Part shown: piece after piece, positions 36,278-47,314 of the stretch
Numbering within the stretch: position 1 is the stretch's first letter
Layout of the letters: each line of letters opens with the position of its first letter
DNA from: Gammaproteobacteria bacterium
GTDB lineage: Bacteria; Pseudomonadota; Gammaproteobacteria; GCA-001735895
Assembly: GCA_050118655.1 (NCBI GenBank)
Contig: JASFKL010000001.1
Coordinates: 186 to 64,185, forward strand
Direction: 5' to 3'
DNA: 64,000 nt
Translations under genes and position numbers: made by a program
The notes under the pieces: generated by a model
Database searches by the model: none
Seen by the model: only the letters and a program-made list of their open reading frames with translations
Told to the model about the DNA's origin: nothing

Positions 36278-37144
36278 TTACTGGGGCCGCGCCTGCCCCA
36301 TCATCATGGTGCAAAGCGAGCTGATCTTGTCGCGCATCTTGCGACGGTCGACGATCATGTCGACGGCGCCGTGGTCGAGCAGGAATTCGCTGCGCTGAAA
36401 GCCCTCGGGCAAGGTCTCGCGAACCGTCTGCTCGATGACCCGCGGCCCGGCAAATCCGATCAGCGCCCCGGGTTCGGCGATATGAATGTCGCCGAGCATG
36501 GCAAAACTCGCCGATACCCCTCCCATGGTGGGATCGGTGAGCACGCAGATATACGGCAGTCCGCGTCTCGAGAGGCGTGTCAGGGCGGCACTGGTCTTGG
36601 CCATTTGCAGCAGCGAAAACAGGGCTTCCTGCATGCGCGCGCCGCCGCTGGCGGTAAAGCACACCAGCGGTATTCCGTGCTCCACCGCGGCGTTTGCCGC
36701 GCGCACGAATTTTTCACCGACCACGGATCCCATCGAACCGCCCATGAACCGGAATTCGAATGCCGCGGCAACCATTTCCACGCCCGTCACGGTTCCGCGC
36801 ATCACCACCAGGGCATCTTTCTCGCCGGTTTGTTTCTGCGCCTGGCTAAGGCGTTCGCGATAACGCCGGTCGTCCCGGAATTTGAGAATGTCCTCGGCTT
36901 CGAGTTCGGCACCGATTTCGCTGCGCTCTTCCTCGTCGAAAAACGATTCCAGCCGGCGGCGCGCACCGATACGCATGTGAAAGTCGCACTTGGTGCAAAC
37001 TTCCTGGTTACGCTCGAGTTCGGCACGGTAAATAATCGCATCGCAGGAATCGCATTTTGCCCACAGGCCCTCGGGCACGTTTTTCTTATCGTTGCCGCCC
37101 GAAGTTCTGATTTTCGAGGGTAACAACATTTCGAACCAGTTCAT
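36278..37144 (-). CDS. accD: Acetyl-CoA carboxylase carboxyltransferase subunit beta
   Basis: The zinc ribbon is [26 protein letters not shown], followed by the carboxyltransferase body. Confidence 0.95.
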   Translation of the reverse strand: MNWFEMLLPSKIRTSGGNDKKNVPEGLWAKCDSCDAIIYRAELERNQEVCTKCDFHMRIGARRRLESFFDEEERSEIGAELEAEDILKFRDDRRYRERLSQAQKQTGEKDALVVMRGTVTGVEMVAAAFEFRFMGGSMGSVVGEKFVRAANAAVEHGIPLVCFTASGGARMQEALFSLLQMAKTSAALTRLSRRGLPYICVLTDPTMGGVSASFAMLGDIHIAEPGALIGFAGPRVIEQTVRETLPEGFQRSEFLLDHGAVDMIVDRRKMRDKISSLCTMMMGQARPQ

Positions 37145-37183
37145 GCAATGCTCCAGTTAACGGGACCGGTGGAACCGATCGGG

Positions 37184-37822
37184 TTATGCGTCATAGCCAT
37201 CGCCGCGTCTGACCTGCTCGATGAAAGCCTCGACCAGGCCGGCGTTTTTGATCCCACTGGAATCTTCCACGCCGCTGCTCACATCCACCCCCCAGGGTTT
37301 GACACGGGAGATAGCCTCGGCAACGTTCGACGGATTCAAACCACCCGCCAGAACCACGGGATAAGCGAATGAAGTGGGGATTTTCGACCATTCAAATGTA
37401 TCACCAGAGCCACCCAGGCGTCCAGCGGCGTTGCTGTCGAGCAGGAAACCCTGCGCTGTCTCGAAACGCGCGGCATACTGCAGCGGATCGTCGATGCTGC
37501 CCATCGGAATCGCCTTCAGATAGGGCAGCCCCCAGGCCGCGCAAAACTCTTCCGACTCGTTGCCGTGAAACTGCAGGCAATCCGGCTTGACGCGATGCAA
37601 AACTTGCGCGATCAGGTCCTCGCTGTCGTCGAGAAACACCGCGGTCGCGGTGACGAAAGGCGGCAGCGAGTGCCTGATTTCGATCGCCCGGTCGAGGGAA
37701 AGCGCGCGTGAACTCGGCGGATGCATCATCAATCCAATCGAATCTGCGCCCGCCGCCGCGGCATGCCGCGCATCCTCGATCCGGGTGATTCCGCAGATTT
37801 TAACTCGTGTACGCTGTTTCAT
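37184..37822 (-). CDS. trpF: Phosphoribosylanthranilate isomerase
   Basis: VKICGITRIEDA...FLLDS...LAGGLNPSNV. There is an ATGA overlap with the truA stop. Confidence 0.9.
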   Translation of the reverse strand: MKQRTRVKICGITRIEDARHAAAAGADSIGLMMHPPSSRALSLDRAIEIRHSLPPFVTATAVFLDDSEDLIAQVLHRVKPDCLQFHGNESEEFCAAWGLPYLKAIPMGSIDDPLQYAARFETAQGFLLDSNAAGRLGGSGDTFEWSKIPTSFAYPVVLAGGLNPSNVAEAISRVKPWGVDVSSGVEDSSGIKNAGLVEAFIEQVRRGDGYDA

Positions 37823-38604
37823 GGCCCGAATAATACGGGTTTTTTGCCCCGCGTGGGCAGCTTATATCGAGATTCGTACCAGGCACGCAAAAGGTACAAA
37901 CCCGCGGCGGAGGCGGTTACATCCGCGAGATTACGGTCCCGCGCCGCAAAAACCCCGCGGAACCACTCGCGGTCCTGCTCGCCCTTGCCGACGGCAATCA
38001 GGCTGCCGGCTATATTGCGAACCATGTGGTAAAGGAAAGCATTGGCCTTGACGTCCAGGATAATCAACTCGCCGTGCCGCTGAACGGAAATTTCCTGCAC
38101 TTCGCGTTGCGCGGATTTGGCCTGGCAGCCGACGGCGCGAAAGCTGCTGAAATCGTGCTCGCCGAGCAGCAACTGGGCGCAATCGTGCATCGCCTGGTGA
38201 TCGAGTGGCCGGTGTTCCCAGCTCGCGCGGTCGTGGAAGATAGCGCTCGGCACCGGAGAATTGACGATCAGGTAACGATAGGCACGGGCGCGGGCGCTGA
38301 ACCGGGCGTGGAAATCGTCGTCGACCGGCACTACCCAGAGCAGGCGAATGTCGGCTGGCAAGCGGCAATTGGTGCCGAGCACCCAGGCGCGTTCACTGCG
38401 CTCGGAGTCGCTTTCGAAATGAGCGACCTGTTCTATCGCATGTACTCCGGCGTCGGTGCGTCCGGCGCATACCAGCTCGACGGGATGGTTGGCGACGAAG
38501 CCGAGCGCTGACTCCAGATGCTGCTGGATCGATGCGCAGTGCGGCTGGCGTTGCCAGCCGCAATACGCGCTTCCCGCATATTCGACTCCGACCGCGTATT
38601 TCAT
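37819..38604 (-). CDS. truA: tRNA pseudouridine(38-40) synthase
   Basis: YAGSAYCGWQRQ...CAGRTDAGVHA contains the catalytic Asp. The ATG at 38604 was preferred to the GTG at 38610. Confidence 0.93.
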   Translation of the reverse strand: MKYAVGVEYAGSAYCGWQRQPHCASIQQHLESALGFVANHPVELVCAGRTDAGVHAIEQVAHFESDSERSERAWVLGTNCRLPADIRLLWVVPVDDDFHARFSARARAYRYLIVNSPVPSAIFHDRASWEHRPLDHQAMHDCAQLLLGEHDFSSFRAVGCQAKSAQREVQEISVQRHGELIILDVKANAFLYHMVRNIAGSLIAVGKGEQDREWFRGVFAARDRNLADVTASAAGLYLLRAWYESRYKLPTRGKKPVLFGP

Positions 38605-38803
38605 GCGCACGCGGTGTGAGCGCCCGCCGCCGGCATCCGGGTCCGGCCACAGGGCTGCTGTAGACAGTGTTTATCGGGTATCACGATTGCGGCGATTCGC
38701 GTGCAGAAAAACGAGGAGCGGAGTCTAGCAAAAACCGCGACTGCTTTGCGGGCCAATTTACGCGCCCGCGGTCCGGCCAGGCTCGGGAGAGGATCTCTCG
38801 AGC

Positions 38804-41800
38804 CTAGATCTGTTCCAGCAGTGCCTGCGCCTCTTCCTTTTGCGCATCGTTGCCTTCGGCGATGACTTCCTCCAGGCTGCCGCGGGCGCCTTCGGTATCG
38901 CCCATGTCGATGAACGCGCGCGCCAGATCGAGCTTGGTCGACACCTCGTCCACGTCGTCCGGCAACATCAGGTCGTCGATATCGTCGAGATCGGCAGCAT
39001 CGGCTACCGCGGTCGGCTCGTCGAAGTCGCCGGGCGCGAAAGTACCGGTCCTGGCTTCCTCGTCGTCATCCTCCATGTCGACATCGATCGACAGGGAATC
39101 GTCGTCGCCGGCGGATTCCACCAGTGCCGTGGGCTCTTCGAAATCGTCGGCGCCGAAATCGAGTATCGATACATCCTCGTCGTCGTCGATATCCCCGTCG
39201 TCATCCGTCGGCAGCTGCAATTCACCGGTATCCAGCGACGGATCGTTGAGATCCATGATTCCGGTATCGTCCATACCGAGATCTATGCCCTCGTCGTCAT
39301 CGCTTTCGGAATCGTCGCCGCCGAGCAACGAGGCTTCCAGCTCATCGGAAGACACCACCGCGGTTGCTTCCAGGAAATCGTCGGCACCGTCTTCTTCGGG
39401 CACCTCCAGTTCGATCGAATCCTCGATTTCGTCACCGCCGTCGTCGTCATCCGCGAAACCCAGGTCTTCACCGAGATCGAAATCGGAGGGATCGTCGTCG
39501 GTGGTGCCGTCATCGAGGTCGAAATCCATCGCCATGTCGAGTTCGTCGTCTGCCTGGTCAGCCGATTCCCCGGCGCCGACGGTATCTTCGTCGTCTATCG
39601 AAAACTCGAGTTCGTCGCCGATATCATCGGGCAAGTCGAGGCCGCTGTCCTCCGGCTCTTCCGCCCGCTGATTCAGATTCGTTTCGTCGTCCTCGCCGAG
39701 GTCGGGGAAATCGCCGACTTGCTGGACCACCTGGGTGGCCGCGACTTCTTCCTCGCCCAATTCCGGCAACTCGTCGACTTGCTGGATGACCTGGGTAGGC
39801 GGTAAGCTGTCGTCGTCACCCCCCGATTCGTCTTCGTTGAAATCCCCTCCGGTATCGTCGGCGCCGAGATCGAAATCGGTAGTCGAGAAGCTGGTATCGT
39901 CATCATCGGCGCCGAGATCGAAATCAGCCTCCTGGGGGTTGGCGATCTCCAGATCCGCGGCACTCAGATCACTGTCCTTGGCCTCCGAGAACAGCGGATT
40001 GTCTGGCGCCAGTTCGTAGCCCATGATTTGCACGCGATCCCAGTAACGTGTCGCCGCATCGCCCATCGACTTGAGTTTTTCCGCTTCCTTGACGAAAGCC
40101 GATTCGTTCTTGGTCGCGAAATAGGTATCGAGCAGTTTCGAGCGGTAATCGGCGCGATCCGGATTATCGGTCAGGCTGCTGTTGAGTAATTCCTCGGCAT
40201 TGTCGTACAGGCCATAGGCGAGGTAGACATCGACCTCGTTGAGCACGTCGTCCTGTTCGGCGGGCTCTGCCGTGGCCGCCGGAGCGGGTGCTTCGGGCTC
40301 CGGCATATCGGTTGCCGAAATGATCGAGGTCTGCGCAAAATCATCCTCGGCTTGGGGCGGCACTTCGGCGGTAACTTCCGCCGTCGAGGTCATCGTATCC
40401 AGTTCGTCGGCGGACGGGATATCCTCGTCCGACGGTGTCTTGATGTCGGTATCTTCGGGGAGTTCGACATCCGCGAGATGAATCGGGGTCAGTTCTTCTT
40501 CGTCGTCGGCGAAAAGATCCTCGTCGCCGCTCGCGGTTATCGTCGATTCGCTGTCACTGCTGTTTTTTTTTCTCTTGATTACCAGCAGGGCCACCAGGAG
40601 CAGGACTACCCCGCCGAGCGCGGCGAGCGTAATCGGGTCGCTGAAGATTCCGCCCATAGAAGGCATCGACGGAATCATGTCGGCGGCGCCGGCCGGGAGA
40701 ATTCCATCCAGGAAGGACGGCTCGCGTTTCGTCTGTTCGGTTACTATTACGGGCGCCGGCGGAGTGGTCTGCTGTGCGGCCTGTCCCTGGTCGTCCGACT
40801 GCCCGCCGGTGGCGGCTTCTTCGCCCTCGTCGGCGGCCATCCCCTCGGTGGAACCCATTTCGGCGGCAGGCGCCTGCCCGGCAGCTTCGTCTTCGACCAT
40901 GCCGCCTGCAGTTCCCTCGTCGCTGACCATGCCGTCGTCGCTGGCCGCCGGGGCTTTCGCAGCCTCTTCCTCGGCCTGGGCCGCGGCCTCTTCGGCAAGT
41001 AATTCCTCGATGAGCGCATCCTCGCTGGACTCCACCTTCCCGTTACCCGCTTCAGCCGGTGGTTCCTCGACAGGCTCGCCACCTTCGGATGCTCCAGCTT
41101 CCGGTTGCTGGGCGGACTGATCGGCCTGCAGCCTGGCCAGGCTGTCATCCTCGATCTCGACCATTTTTTGCAGTTCTTCGACCTTGGACAGGCGTGCCTG
41201 GAGATCCGAGATACGCGATTCGAGTTCGCGATTCTCGATTCGGGAGGCCTCGAGTTCTTCCTCGGCCATCGCCAGCTTGGTGCGTAACTCTTCAACCTCG
41301 GCACCATCGCCGGTTCCCGCCGAATCGCCGCCGCCGTCGGCGGGCAACAGCAGGCTCAATTCGCCACCAGACTCGCCGGTATCGGCGGTCTCGCCGCCGG
41401 CGGATTCGGTGGATTCGGCGGACTCGCCCTGATCGACCGCGGCCGTCGTCGAAACGCCGGTTACCCGTGCGACATACTCGTCCCACAGACCATTCTGGAC
41501 CAGGACTTCCGCGTAGGCTTCCTGCTCACCCATGGCATCGAGTTCGGCGGCATCGGGAGCGCGCAGAATCGCGCCCTCCTTCATATTGTTGATATTACCG
41601 TCATTGAAGGCATCCGGGTTGGCGCGCTGAAAGGCGAGCATAACCTGCGACATGCTGTGACGGTCGTCCTTATAGAGCTTGGCGATACTCCAGAGGGTGT
41701 CGCCCTTATTGACGTATACCTCCTGGTCGAGGCCGGTCTGCGAACTGGAGGGCGTGTACTGGTAACTGCTCGAGTCGGCTATCGGCTCGGGCTCCGGTTG

Positions 41801-42418
41801 GGCTACCGGCTCGGGCGTCGCGATCTCGTTGCCAGAGCCGTCATCCGACAAGGCGATCGGCTCGCTGAGCTGCTCGCCGGTTTCGGCAGACTCGGCGGAT
41901 TCGGATTCCATGGTGCTGGTCACGCCGGTCTGCTCGACGATATCGCTGACACTCGATTCGTCGCTGATCGGTGCGGCGGCCTGCTGGCTGGCAGGCTCTA
42001 CGGGCGGCGGCTGATCGGCATAGAACGGCGGGTCGAGCAAGACCGTGAATTCGCGCAGTACCCTGCCCTTGGCCCAATCGGCCTCGATGAGGAAATTCAG
42101 AAAGGGTTCCTTGACGCCGTCCTTGGTGGACACCACGATGACGGCCTCGTCGCCGGCCTCGTTCTTCCTGACGGAAAAACGCAGGTCCAGAAGATTGCGC
42201 GGGCGTGCCAGGCCGGCGCGGGAAAATGCTTCGCGGGAAGCGAGGCTGACCAGTAAATCGTCGATCTCGCCGGGACGGGCGGAAATAACCGGGATCTCCG
42301 CTTCTAGCGGCTGGTTCAGGAATGACTTGACTTCGATCTCACCCAAACCCAAGGCGAGCGCGTTGGTCGGCAAGATCGCCGTTAGCCACAATGCAACTAT
42401 TAGTCCCAGATTACGCAC
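38804..42418 (-). CDS. fimV: FimV/HubP-like polar scaffold protein (signal peptide, FimV N-domain, LysM, one TM, very acidic cytoplasmic region, TPR-like and FimV C-terminal motif)
   Basis: N-terminus LGLGEIEVKSFLNQPLEAEIPV...LREFTVLLDPP, LysM YVNKGDTLWSIAKLY, TM ITLAALGGVVLLLVALLVIKRKK, C-terminus KLDLARAFIDMGDTEGARGSLEEVI. It lies between truA and asd as in Pseudomonas. GTG start at 42418 with RBS GGGAGA. Confidence 0.85.
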   Translation of the reverse strand: MRNLGLIVALWLTAILPTNALALGLGEIEVKSFLNQPLEAEIPVISARPGEIDDLLVSLASREAFSRAGLARPRNLLDLRFSVRKNEAGDEAVIVVSTKDGVKEPFLNFLIEADWAKGRVLREFTVLLDPPFYADQPPPVEPASQQAAAPISDESSVSDIVEQTGVTSTMESESAESAETGEQLSEPIALSDDGSGNEIATPEPVAQPEPEPIADSSSYQYTPSSSQTGLDQEVYVNKGDTLWSIAKLYKDDRHSMSQVMLAFQRANPDAFNDGNINNMKEGAILRAPDAAELDAMGEQEAYAEVLVQNGLWDEYVARVTGVSTTAAVDQGESAESTESAGGETADTGESGGELSLLLPADGGGDSAGTGDGAEVEELRTKLAMAEEELEASRIENRELESRISDLQARLSKVEELQKMVEIEDDSLARLQADQSAQQPEAGASEGGEPVEEPPAEAGNGKVESSEDALIEELLAEEAAAQAEEEAAKAPAASDDGMVSDEGTAGGMVEDEAAGQAPAAEMGSTEGMAADEGEEAATGGQSDDQGQAAQQTTPPAPVIVTEQTKREPSFLDGILPAGAADMIPSMPSMGGIFSDPITLAALGGVVLLLVALLVIKRKKNSSDSESTITASGDEDLFADDEEELTPIHLADVELPEDTDIKTPSDEDIPSADELDTMTSTAEVTAEVPPQAEDDFAQTSIISATDMPEPEAPAPAATAEPAEQDDVLNEVDVYLAYGLYDNAEELLNSSLTDNPDRADYRSKLLDTYFATKNESAFVKEAEKLKSMGDAATRYWDRVQIMGYELAPDNPLFSEAKDSDLSAADLEIANPQEADFDLGADDDDTSFSTTDFDLGADDTGGDFNEDESGGDDDSLPPTQVIQQVDELPELGEEEVAATQVVQQVGDFPDLGEDDETNLNQRAEEPEDSGLDLPDDIGDELEFSIDDEDTVGAGESADQADDELDMAMDFDLDDGTTDDDPSDFDLGEDLGFADDDDGGDEIEDSIELEVPEEDGADDFLEATAVVSSDELEASLLGGDDSESDDDEGIDLGMDDTGIMDLNDPSLDTGELQLPTDDDGDIDDDEDVSILDFGADDFEEPTALVESAGDDDSLSIDVDMEDDDEEARTGTFAPGDFDEPTAVADAADLDDIDDLMLPDDVDEVSTKLDLARAFIDMGDTEGARGSLEEVIAEGNDAQKEEAQALLEQI

Positions 42419-42933
42419 GTTATAGTCTCCCAGCTCCCCGACCTATTTGTTATAAAAGTGCCTTAAATTCCATGCACCTATGATTGCAGCCAGAGAATTT
42501 ACTTTAAAGAAAGCACTTTCACAAGTAGATGTAAATACAGATTGTAGAAAAGATTTTAGCAAAATCTCTAAAACATTCACGAAATTATTGGTGAGCCCTG
42601 AAATCGCACTTTCCACGGTCTATCCCGCAGGGCCGCGGGAACGACGGTACGGAGCTTGTTGCAGGAGGCTTATAGCATAGCTAAACAATTGATTCCAATC
42701 GAAATACCCTGTTCTTCGAACCCTGTCACCTGGACCCCGAAAAAGGCTTCCGAGCGCCGTTTAAAGCAGGCCAGGCCGCGAATTCCCGCCAGAATAAGGC
42801 CCCGAGACCGGCGCCGATACCCGCAAACGCGTCGAATCCGGCCTTAACGGCCGCCTGGAATATGAAATATTTCCCAAAAAGGCTTTTCCCGGCGAGAACC
42901 TGACCGCCTCATCGAGGTTCGCGATCCGCTCGC

Positions 42934-44049
42934 CTAGCGTTGTTGCAAAATGTTCAGCATCCGGCGCAACGGCTCGGCGGCGCCCCACAGCAACTGGTCG
43001 CCCACGGTAAAAGCCGCCAGATATTCGCCGCCCATGTTCAGCTTGCGCAGTCTGCCGACCGGTATGTCCAGCGTGCCGGTTACCGCTGCCGGCGACAATG
43101 CATCCAGGGTTATCTGCCTGTCGTTTTCGAGCACCCGCACCCAGTCGTTCGAGGCCGCAAGCATTTCGTGGATCTCGTCGAGCGGCACATCCCGCTTGAG
43201 CTTGACGGTCAGCGCCTGCGAATGACAACGCATCGCGCCGACGCGCACGCACAGCCCGTCGATCGGGATCTGGTCGTCGCCGCGTCCGAGGATCTTGTTC
43301 GCCTCGACGCCCGCCTTCCACTCTTCGCGGCTTTGCCCGTTGTCGAGCTGCGCGTCGATCCAGGGGATCAGGCTGCCGGCCAGCGGCACGCCGAACTCCT
43401 GGCACGGAAAATCCGCCGCGCGCAACTGCTCGGTAACCCGCCGATCGATATCGAGGATCGCCGATGCGGGATCGTCCAGCCGATCGGCCACACTTCGATA
43501 GAGACTGCCCATGCCGGCGATCAGCTCGCGCATGTGGCGGGCGCCGCCGCCGGAAGCAGCCTGGTAAGTCATTACGCTCATCCAGTCGACCAGTTCGTGC
43601 TCGAACAGGCCGCCCATGGCCATCATCATCAGGCTAACCGTACAGTTGCCGCCGATGAAATCTCGGCAGCCGCCGTCGAGCGCCCGGTCGATGACCTTGC
43701 GGTTAACCGGGTCGAGAATGATGATACTGTCGCTTTCCATGCGCAACGCAGAAGCCGCGTCGATCCAGAATCCCTGCCAGCCGCTGCCGCGCAGATCCGC
43801 GTAAACCTGCTTGGTGTAATCCCCGCCCTGGCAGCTGACGATCGCATCCATGGTTTTCAGTTGCGCAAAATCGCCTGCATCCTGAAGCGGCGGTACCTCG
43901 CGGCCTATATCGGGCCCCGGCTCGCCTGCCTGCGAGGTGGTAAAAAATACCGGTTCGTCGATACGATCGAAATCGCGCTCCTCGAGCATGCGTTGCATCA
44001 ACACCGAACCGACCATACCGCGCCAGCCGACAAAACCTACTCTTTTCAT
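42934..44049 (-). CDS. asd: Aspartate-semialdehyde dehydrogenase
   Basis: [16 protein letters not shown]...GGNCTVS contains the active-site Cys; full length. Confidence 0.95.
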   Translation of the reverse strand: MKRVGFVGWRGMVGSVLMQRMLEERDFDRIDEPVFFTTSQAGEPGPDIGREVPPLQDAGDFAQLKTMDAIVSCQGGDYTKQVYADLRGSGWQGFWIDAASALRMESDSIIILDPVNRKVIDRALDGGCRDFIGGNCTVSLMMMAMGGLFEHELVDWMSVMTYQAASGGGARHMRELIAGMGSLYRSVADRLDDPASAILDIDRRVTEQLRAADFPCQEFGVPLAGSLIPWIDAQLDNGQSREEWKAGVEANKILGRGDDQIPIDGLCVRVGAMRCHSQALTVKLKRDVPLDEIHEMLAASNDWVRVLENDRQITLDALSPAAVTGTLDIPVGRLRKLNMGGEYLAAFTVGDQLLWGAAEPLRRMLNILQQR

Positions 44050-44071
44050 GTTTCAATCTCCGCCGGGCCAT

Positions 44072-45157
44072 TCATTTCCCGTGTTCACCGAGCGCCGCCA
44101 CCACGGCATCCCCCATTGCCGCGGTACCGACTGACTCGCCGTCGCCGGCGATGTCGGCGGTGCGCAGTCCCCGATCGAGCACCGTGCCAACCGCTTCTTC
44201 GATCGCACTTGCGAGTTCGGTTTGTCGCAGGCTGTAACGCAGCATCATAGCCAGGGAAAGAATCGTCGCCAGCGGGTTGGCGAGGCCCTTGCCGGCGATG
44301 TCGGGCGCCGAGCCGTGCACCGGCTCGTAAAGGCCCTTGCCGTTTTCGTCCAGCGATGCCGAAGGCAGCATGCCGATGGATCCGGTCAGCATCGCCGCGG
44401 TGTCCGAGAGAATATCGCCGAACATGTTGCTGGTGACGATGACATCGAATTGCTTCGGCGCTCGCACCAGTTGCATGGATGCGTTGTCGACATACATGTG
44501 GCTCAGCTCGACGTCGGGATAATCGCCGGCGACCCGCTCGACCACCTCGCGCCAGAGCTCGGATACCTCGAGGACGTTGGCCTTGTCGACCGAGCACAGG
44601 CGGCGGTTGCGCAGCATCGCGGCCTCGAGCGCCGCGCGCGCGATGCGCTCGACTTCGTGCTCGGCATAGACCAGCGTGTTGTAGCCCTGGCGTTCTCCGT
44701 TGTCGAGTTCTCGAATACCGCGCGGCTCGCCGAAATAGATACCGCCGGTCAGCTCCCGCACGATCAGGATATTGAGCCCCGAGACCAGCCCGGGCTTGAG
44801 GCTGGACGCCTCGGCGAGCTGCGGGTACAGGATCGCGGGTCGCAGGTTGGCGAACAGGTCCAGCGACGAGCGCAACTGGAGCAAGCCTTTTTCCGGCCGC
44901 AGCTCGCGCGGCAGCGAATCGTACTGCGGCCCGCCGATCGCGCCGAACAGGATGGCGTCCGCTTGCCGGCAAATTTCCAGGGTCTCGTCGGGCAGCGGTT
45001 TGCCGGATTGATCGTAGCCCGCGCCGCCGATGGCCGCGGGTTCGAGCTCGGCGTCGAAACGGAACTGCCGCTGCAGGCATTCGACGACCTTGACGGCCTC
45101 GGCGACGATTTCCGTTCCTATGCCGTCGCCTGCGAGTACTGCAATCTTGTGAGTCAT
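44072..45157 (-). CDS. leuB: 3-isopropylmalate dehydrogenase
   Basis: [11 protein letters not shown]...NMFGDILSD...GSAPDIAG. Confidence 0.97.
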   Translation of the reverse strand: MTHKIAVLAGDGIGTEIVAEAVKVVECLQRQFRFDAELEPAAIGGAGYDQSGKPLPDETLEICRQADAILFGAIGGPQYDSLPRELRPEKGLLQLRSSLDLFANLRPAILYPQLAEASSLKPGLVSGLNILIVRELTGGIYFGEPRGIRELDNGERQGYNTLVYAEHEVERIARAALEAAMLRNRRLCSVDKANVLEVSELWREVVERVAGDYPDVELSHMYVDNASMQLVRAPKQFDVIVTSNMFGDILSDTAAMLTGSIGMLPSASLDENGKGLYEPVHGSAPDIAGKGLANPLATILSLAMMLRYSLRQTELASAIEEAVGTVLDRGLRTADIAGDGESVGTAAMGDAVVAALGEHGK

Positions 45158-45166
45158 GGTTTTATC

Positions 45167-45802
45167 CTATTTCAGCCAGGGCATCGACTGGTAATACTGC
45201 TGCTCGAATTCGCGGATCTCGTCGGCATGCTGCATGGTCAGGCCGATATCGTCGAGGCCGTTCAACAGGCAATACTTGCGGAACTCGTCGATTTCGAATC
45301 TCATCTCCTCGCCGTCGGGAGTGCGCACCAGCTGGTTCTCGAGATCCACCGTCAGCCGGTAACCCTCGTTCTGCGCGACCGCGGCGAACAGCCGATCGAC
45401 CTCTTCGCCCGTCAGCGCCACGGGCAGCAAGCCGTTCTTGAACGAATTATTGTAAAAGATATCGGCGTAGCTCGGTGCGATGACGACCTTGATACCGAAA
45501 TCGAGCAGCGCCCAGACGGCGTGCTCGCGTGACGAGCCGCAAGCGAAGTTTTCGCGCGCCAGCAAAATCTGCGCCTGCCGGTAGGGTTCGCGATTGAGCA
45601 CGAAATCCGGATTCTTTCGCCGGGCCTCGTTATCCTGCCCGGGTTCGCCGGGGTCCAGGTAGCGCCAGTCGTCGAACAGGTTGATACCGAAGCCGGAGCG
45701 TTTGATCGACTTCAGGTATTGCTTCGGAATAATCGCGTCGGTATCGATATTGGCGCGATCGATCGCGGCGACGATGGCGGAAAAGGTTTCGAATTTATCC
45801 AT
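45167..45802 (-). CDS. leuD: 3-isopropylmalate dehydratase small subunit
   Basis: [14 protein letters not shown]...[11 protein letters not shown]. Confidence 0.95.
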   Translation of the reverse strand: MDKFETFSAIVAAIDRANIDTDAIIPKQYLKSIKRSGFGINLFDDWRYLDPGEPGQDNEARRKNPDFVLNREPYRQAQILLARENFACGSSREHAVWALLDFGIKVVIAPSYADIFYNNSFKNGLLPVALTGEEVDRLFAAVAQNEGYRLTVDLENQLVRTPDGEEMRFEIDEFRKYCLLNGLDDIGLTMQHADEIREFEQQYYQSMPWLK

Positions 45803-45814
45803 TACGACCTCGGC

Positions 45815-47218
45815 TCAAAAATTGCGTACATCGACGAAATGGCCCTCTACCGCGGCCGCGGCGGCCATCGCCGGCGATACCAGGTGAGTGCGCCCGCCCT
45901 GCCCTTGCCGGCCCTCGAAGTTGCGGTTCGAAGTCGAGGCGCAACGCTCTCCCGGCTCGAGCCGGTCGGCGTTCATACCCAGGCACATCGAGCAACCGGG
46001 TTCGCGCCATTCGAATCCGGCATCGATGAAAATCCGGTCCAGACCCTCGGACTCGGCCTGTTCCTTGACCAGCCCGGACCCCGGCACTACCAGCGCGAGC
46101 TTGATATTGTCCGCGATCTTGCGCCCCTTGACGACGCCGGCGGCGGCGCGCAGGTCTTCGATCCGCGAATTGGTGCAGGAACCGATGAATATCTTGTCCA
46201 GCCGGACCTGCTCAAGCGGCGTGTTGGGCTCGAGGCCCATGTAAGCGAGCGCGTTGCGGATACTCCCGGCCCGGGTGGGATCGGTTTCGGCGGCGGGATC
46301 GGGTACCTTGCCGCCGATACCACAAACCATTTCCGGGGAGGTTCCCCAGGTCACCTGCGGTGAAATATCGGCAGCGTCGATCTCGACTTCGCGGTCGAAC
46401 CGCGCATCGTCGTCCGAATGCAGATCGCTCCAGAATTCGACTGCACGGTCCCAGGTCTCTCCGCGGGGCGCGAACGGACGGCCCTTGATGTAATCGAGCG
46501 TGGTCTGATCGCAGGCAATCAGACCTGCACGGGCGCCGGCTTCTATGGTCATGTTGCAGACCGTCATGCGGCCTTCCATCGACAGATCGGTAATTGCATC
46601 GCCGGCGAATTCGATCGTGCAACCGGTGCCGCCGGCGGTGCCGATGACACCGATGATATGCAGCACGATATCCTTCGCGGTAATTCCCTCGGCTACCGAC
46701 CCCCTGACGCGCACGCGCATGTTTTTCGACTTTTTCTGAATCAGGCACTGGGTAGCCATGACATGCTCGACCTCGGAAGTGCCGATGCCGAAAGCCAGCG
46801 CCGCGAAAGCCCCGTGCGTCGAGGTGTGCGAATCCCCGCATACCACGGTCATGCCCGGCAGGGTCGCGCCCTGTTCCGGACCGATGACGTGCACGATGCC
46901 CTGGCGCACGTCGCCCATCTTGAATTCGGTGAGCGCATGCTTGTCGCAATTGGCGTTCAGCGTATCCACCTGCAGACGCGCGACCGGGTCGGTAATACCG
47001 TATTCGAGACCCGTGGTCGGTACGTTGTGATCGGGAACCGCGAGAATCGAGCGCTTGCGCCACAGCGGACGATGCGCGATTTCGAGTCCCTCGAAGGCCT
47101 GCGGCGAGGTAACCTCGTGAACCAGGTGACGGTCGATATACAGCAACGCGGTGCCGTCTTCGTCGAGGCGCACCTGGTGCAAATCCCAGATCTTGTCGTA
47201 CAGGGTCTTTCCGGACAT
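45815..47218 (-). CDS. leuC: 3-isopropylmalate dehydratase large subunit
   Basis: [12 protein letters not shown]...[14 protein letters not shown]...CGDSHT...GSCTNSR are the aconitase-family motifs. The start was moved to the ATG at 47218. Confidence 0.97.
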   Translation of the reverse strand: MSGKTLYDKIWDLHQVRLDEDGTALLYIDRHLVHEVTSPQAFEGLEIAHRPLWRKRSILAVPDHNVPTTGLEYGITDPVARLQVDTLNANCDKHALTEFKMGDVRQGIVHVIGPEQGATLPGMTVVCGDSHTSTHGAFAALAFGIGTSEVEHVMATQCLIQKKSKNMRVRVRGSVAEGITAKDIVLHIIGVIGTAGGTGCTIEFAGDAITDLSMEGRMTVCNMTIEAGARAGLIACDQTTLDYIKGRPFAPRGETWDRAVEFWSDLHSDDDARFDREVEIDAADISPQVTWGTSPEMVCGIGGKVPDPAAETDPTRAGSIRNALAYMGLEPNTPLEQVRLDKIFIGSCTNSRIEDLRAAAGVVKGRKIADNIKLALVVPGSGLVKEQAESEGLDRIFIDAGFEWREPGCSMCLGMNADRLEPGERCASTSNRNFEGRQGQGGRTHLVSPAMAAAAAVEGHFVDVRNF

Positions 47219-47314
47219 GTCGATTACCCGCAATAAAACTTGAGCGATTTTACGCCTGCATTTAAAATAACTCTAATTCATTATTTTCATAAATTTGATT
47301 CTATTTAGGAATAC

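Noticed and set aside
36255-36662. 136-aa N-terminal extension of folC given by the ORF track (also similar extensions on dnaQ, DUF455, RidA, cvpA, FHA, amidase, oxidoreductase)
   Set aside because: The extensions are Arg-rich, overlap the upstream gene and precede a conserved N-terminus beginning at an internal ATG that I verified in the nucleotide sequence.
38804-42418. Repeated DNA strings inside fimV as a CRISPR-like or VNTR non-coding array
   Set aside because: The repeats are in frame and encode recurring acidic peptide motifs within one continuous ORF. There is no repeat-spacer periodicity.
42419-42933. Small ORFs (42480..42680, 42656..42847) and a possible sRNA in the 515-nt fimV-asd intergenic region
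   Set aside because: The ORFs have no RBS or motif. The AT-rich half is adequately explained as the fimV promoter region. I found no hairpin plus U-tract that would define an sRNA.
42940-45532. Two 436-aa plus-strand ORFs (42940..44250 and 44222..45532) over asd, leuB and leuD
   Set aside because: They are antisense to three textbook housekeeping genes and have no motifs. This is a GC-rich frame artefact.
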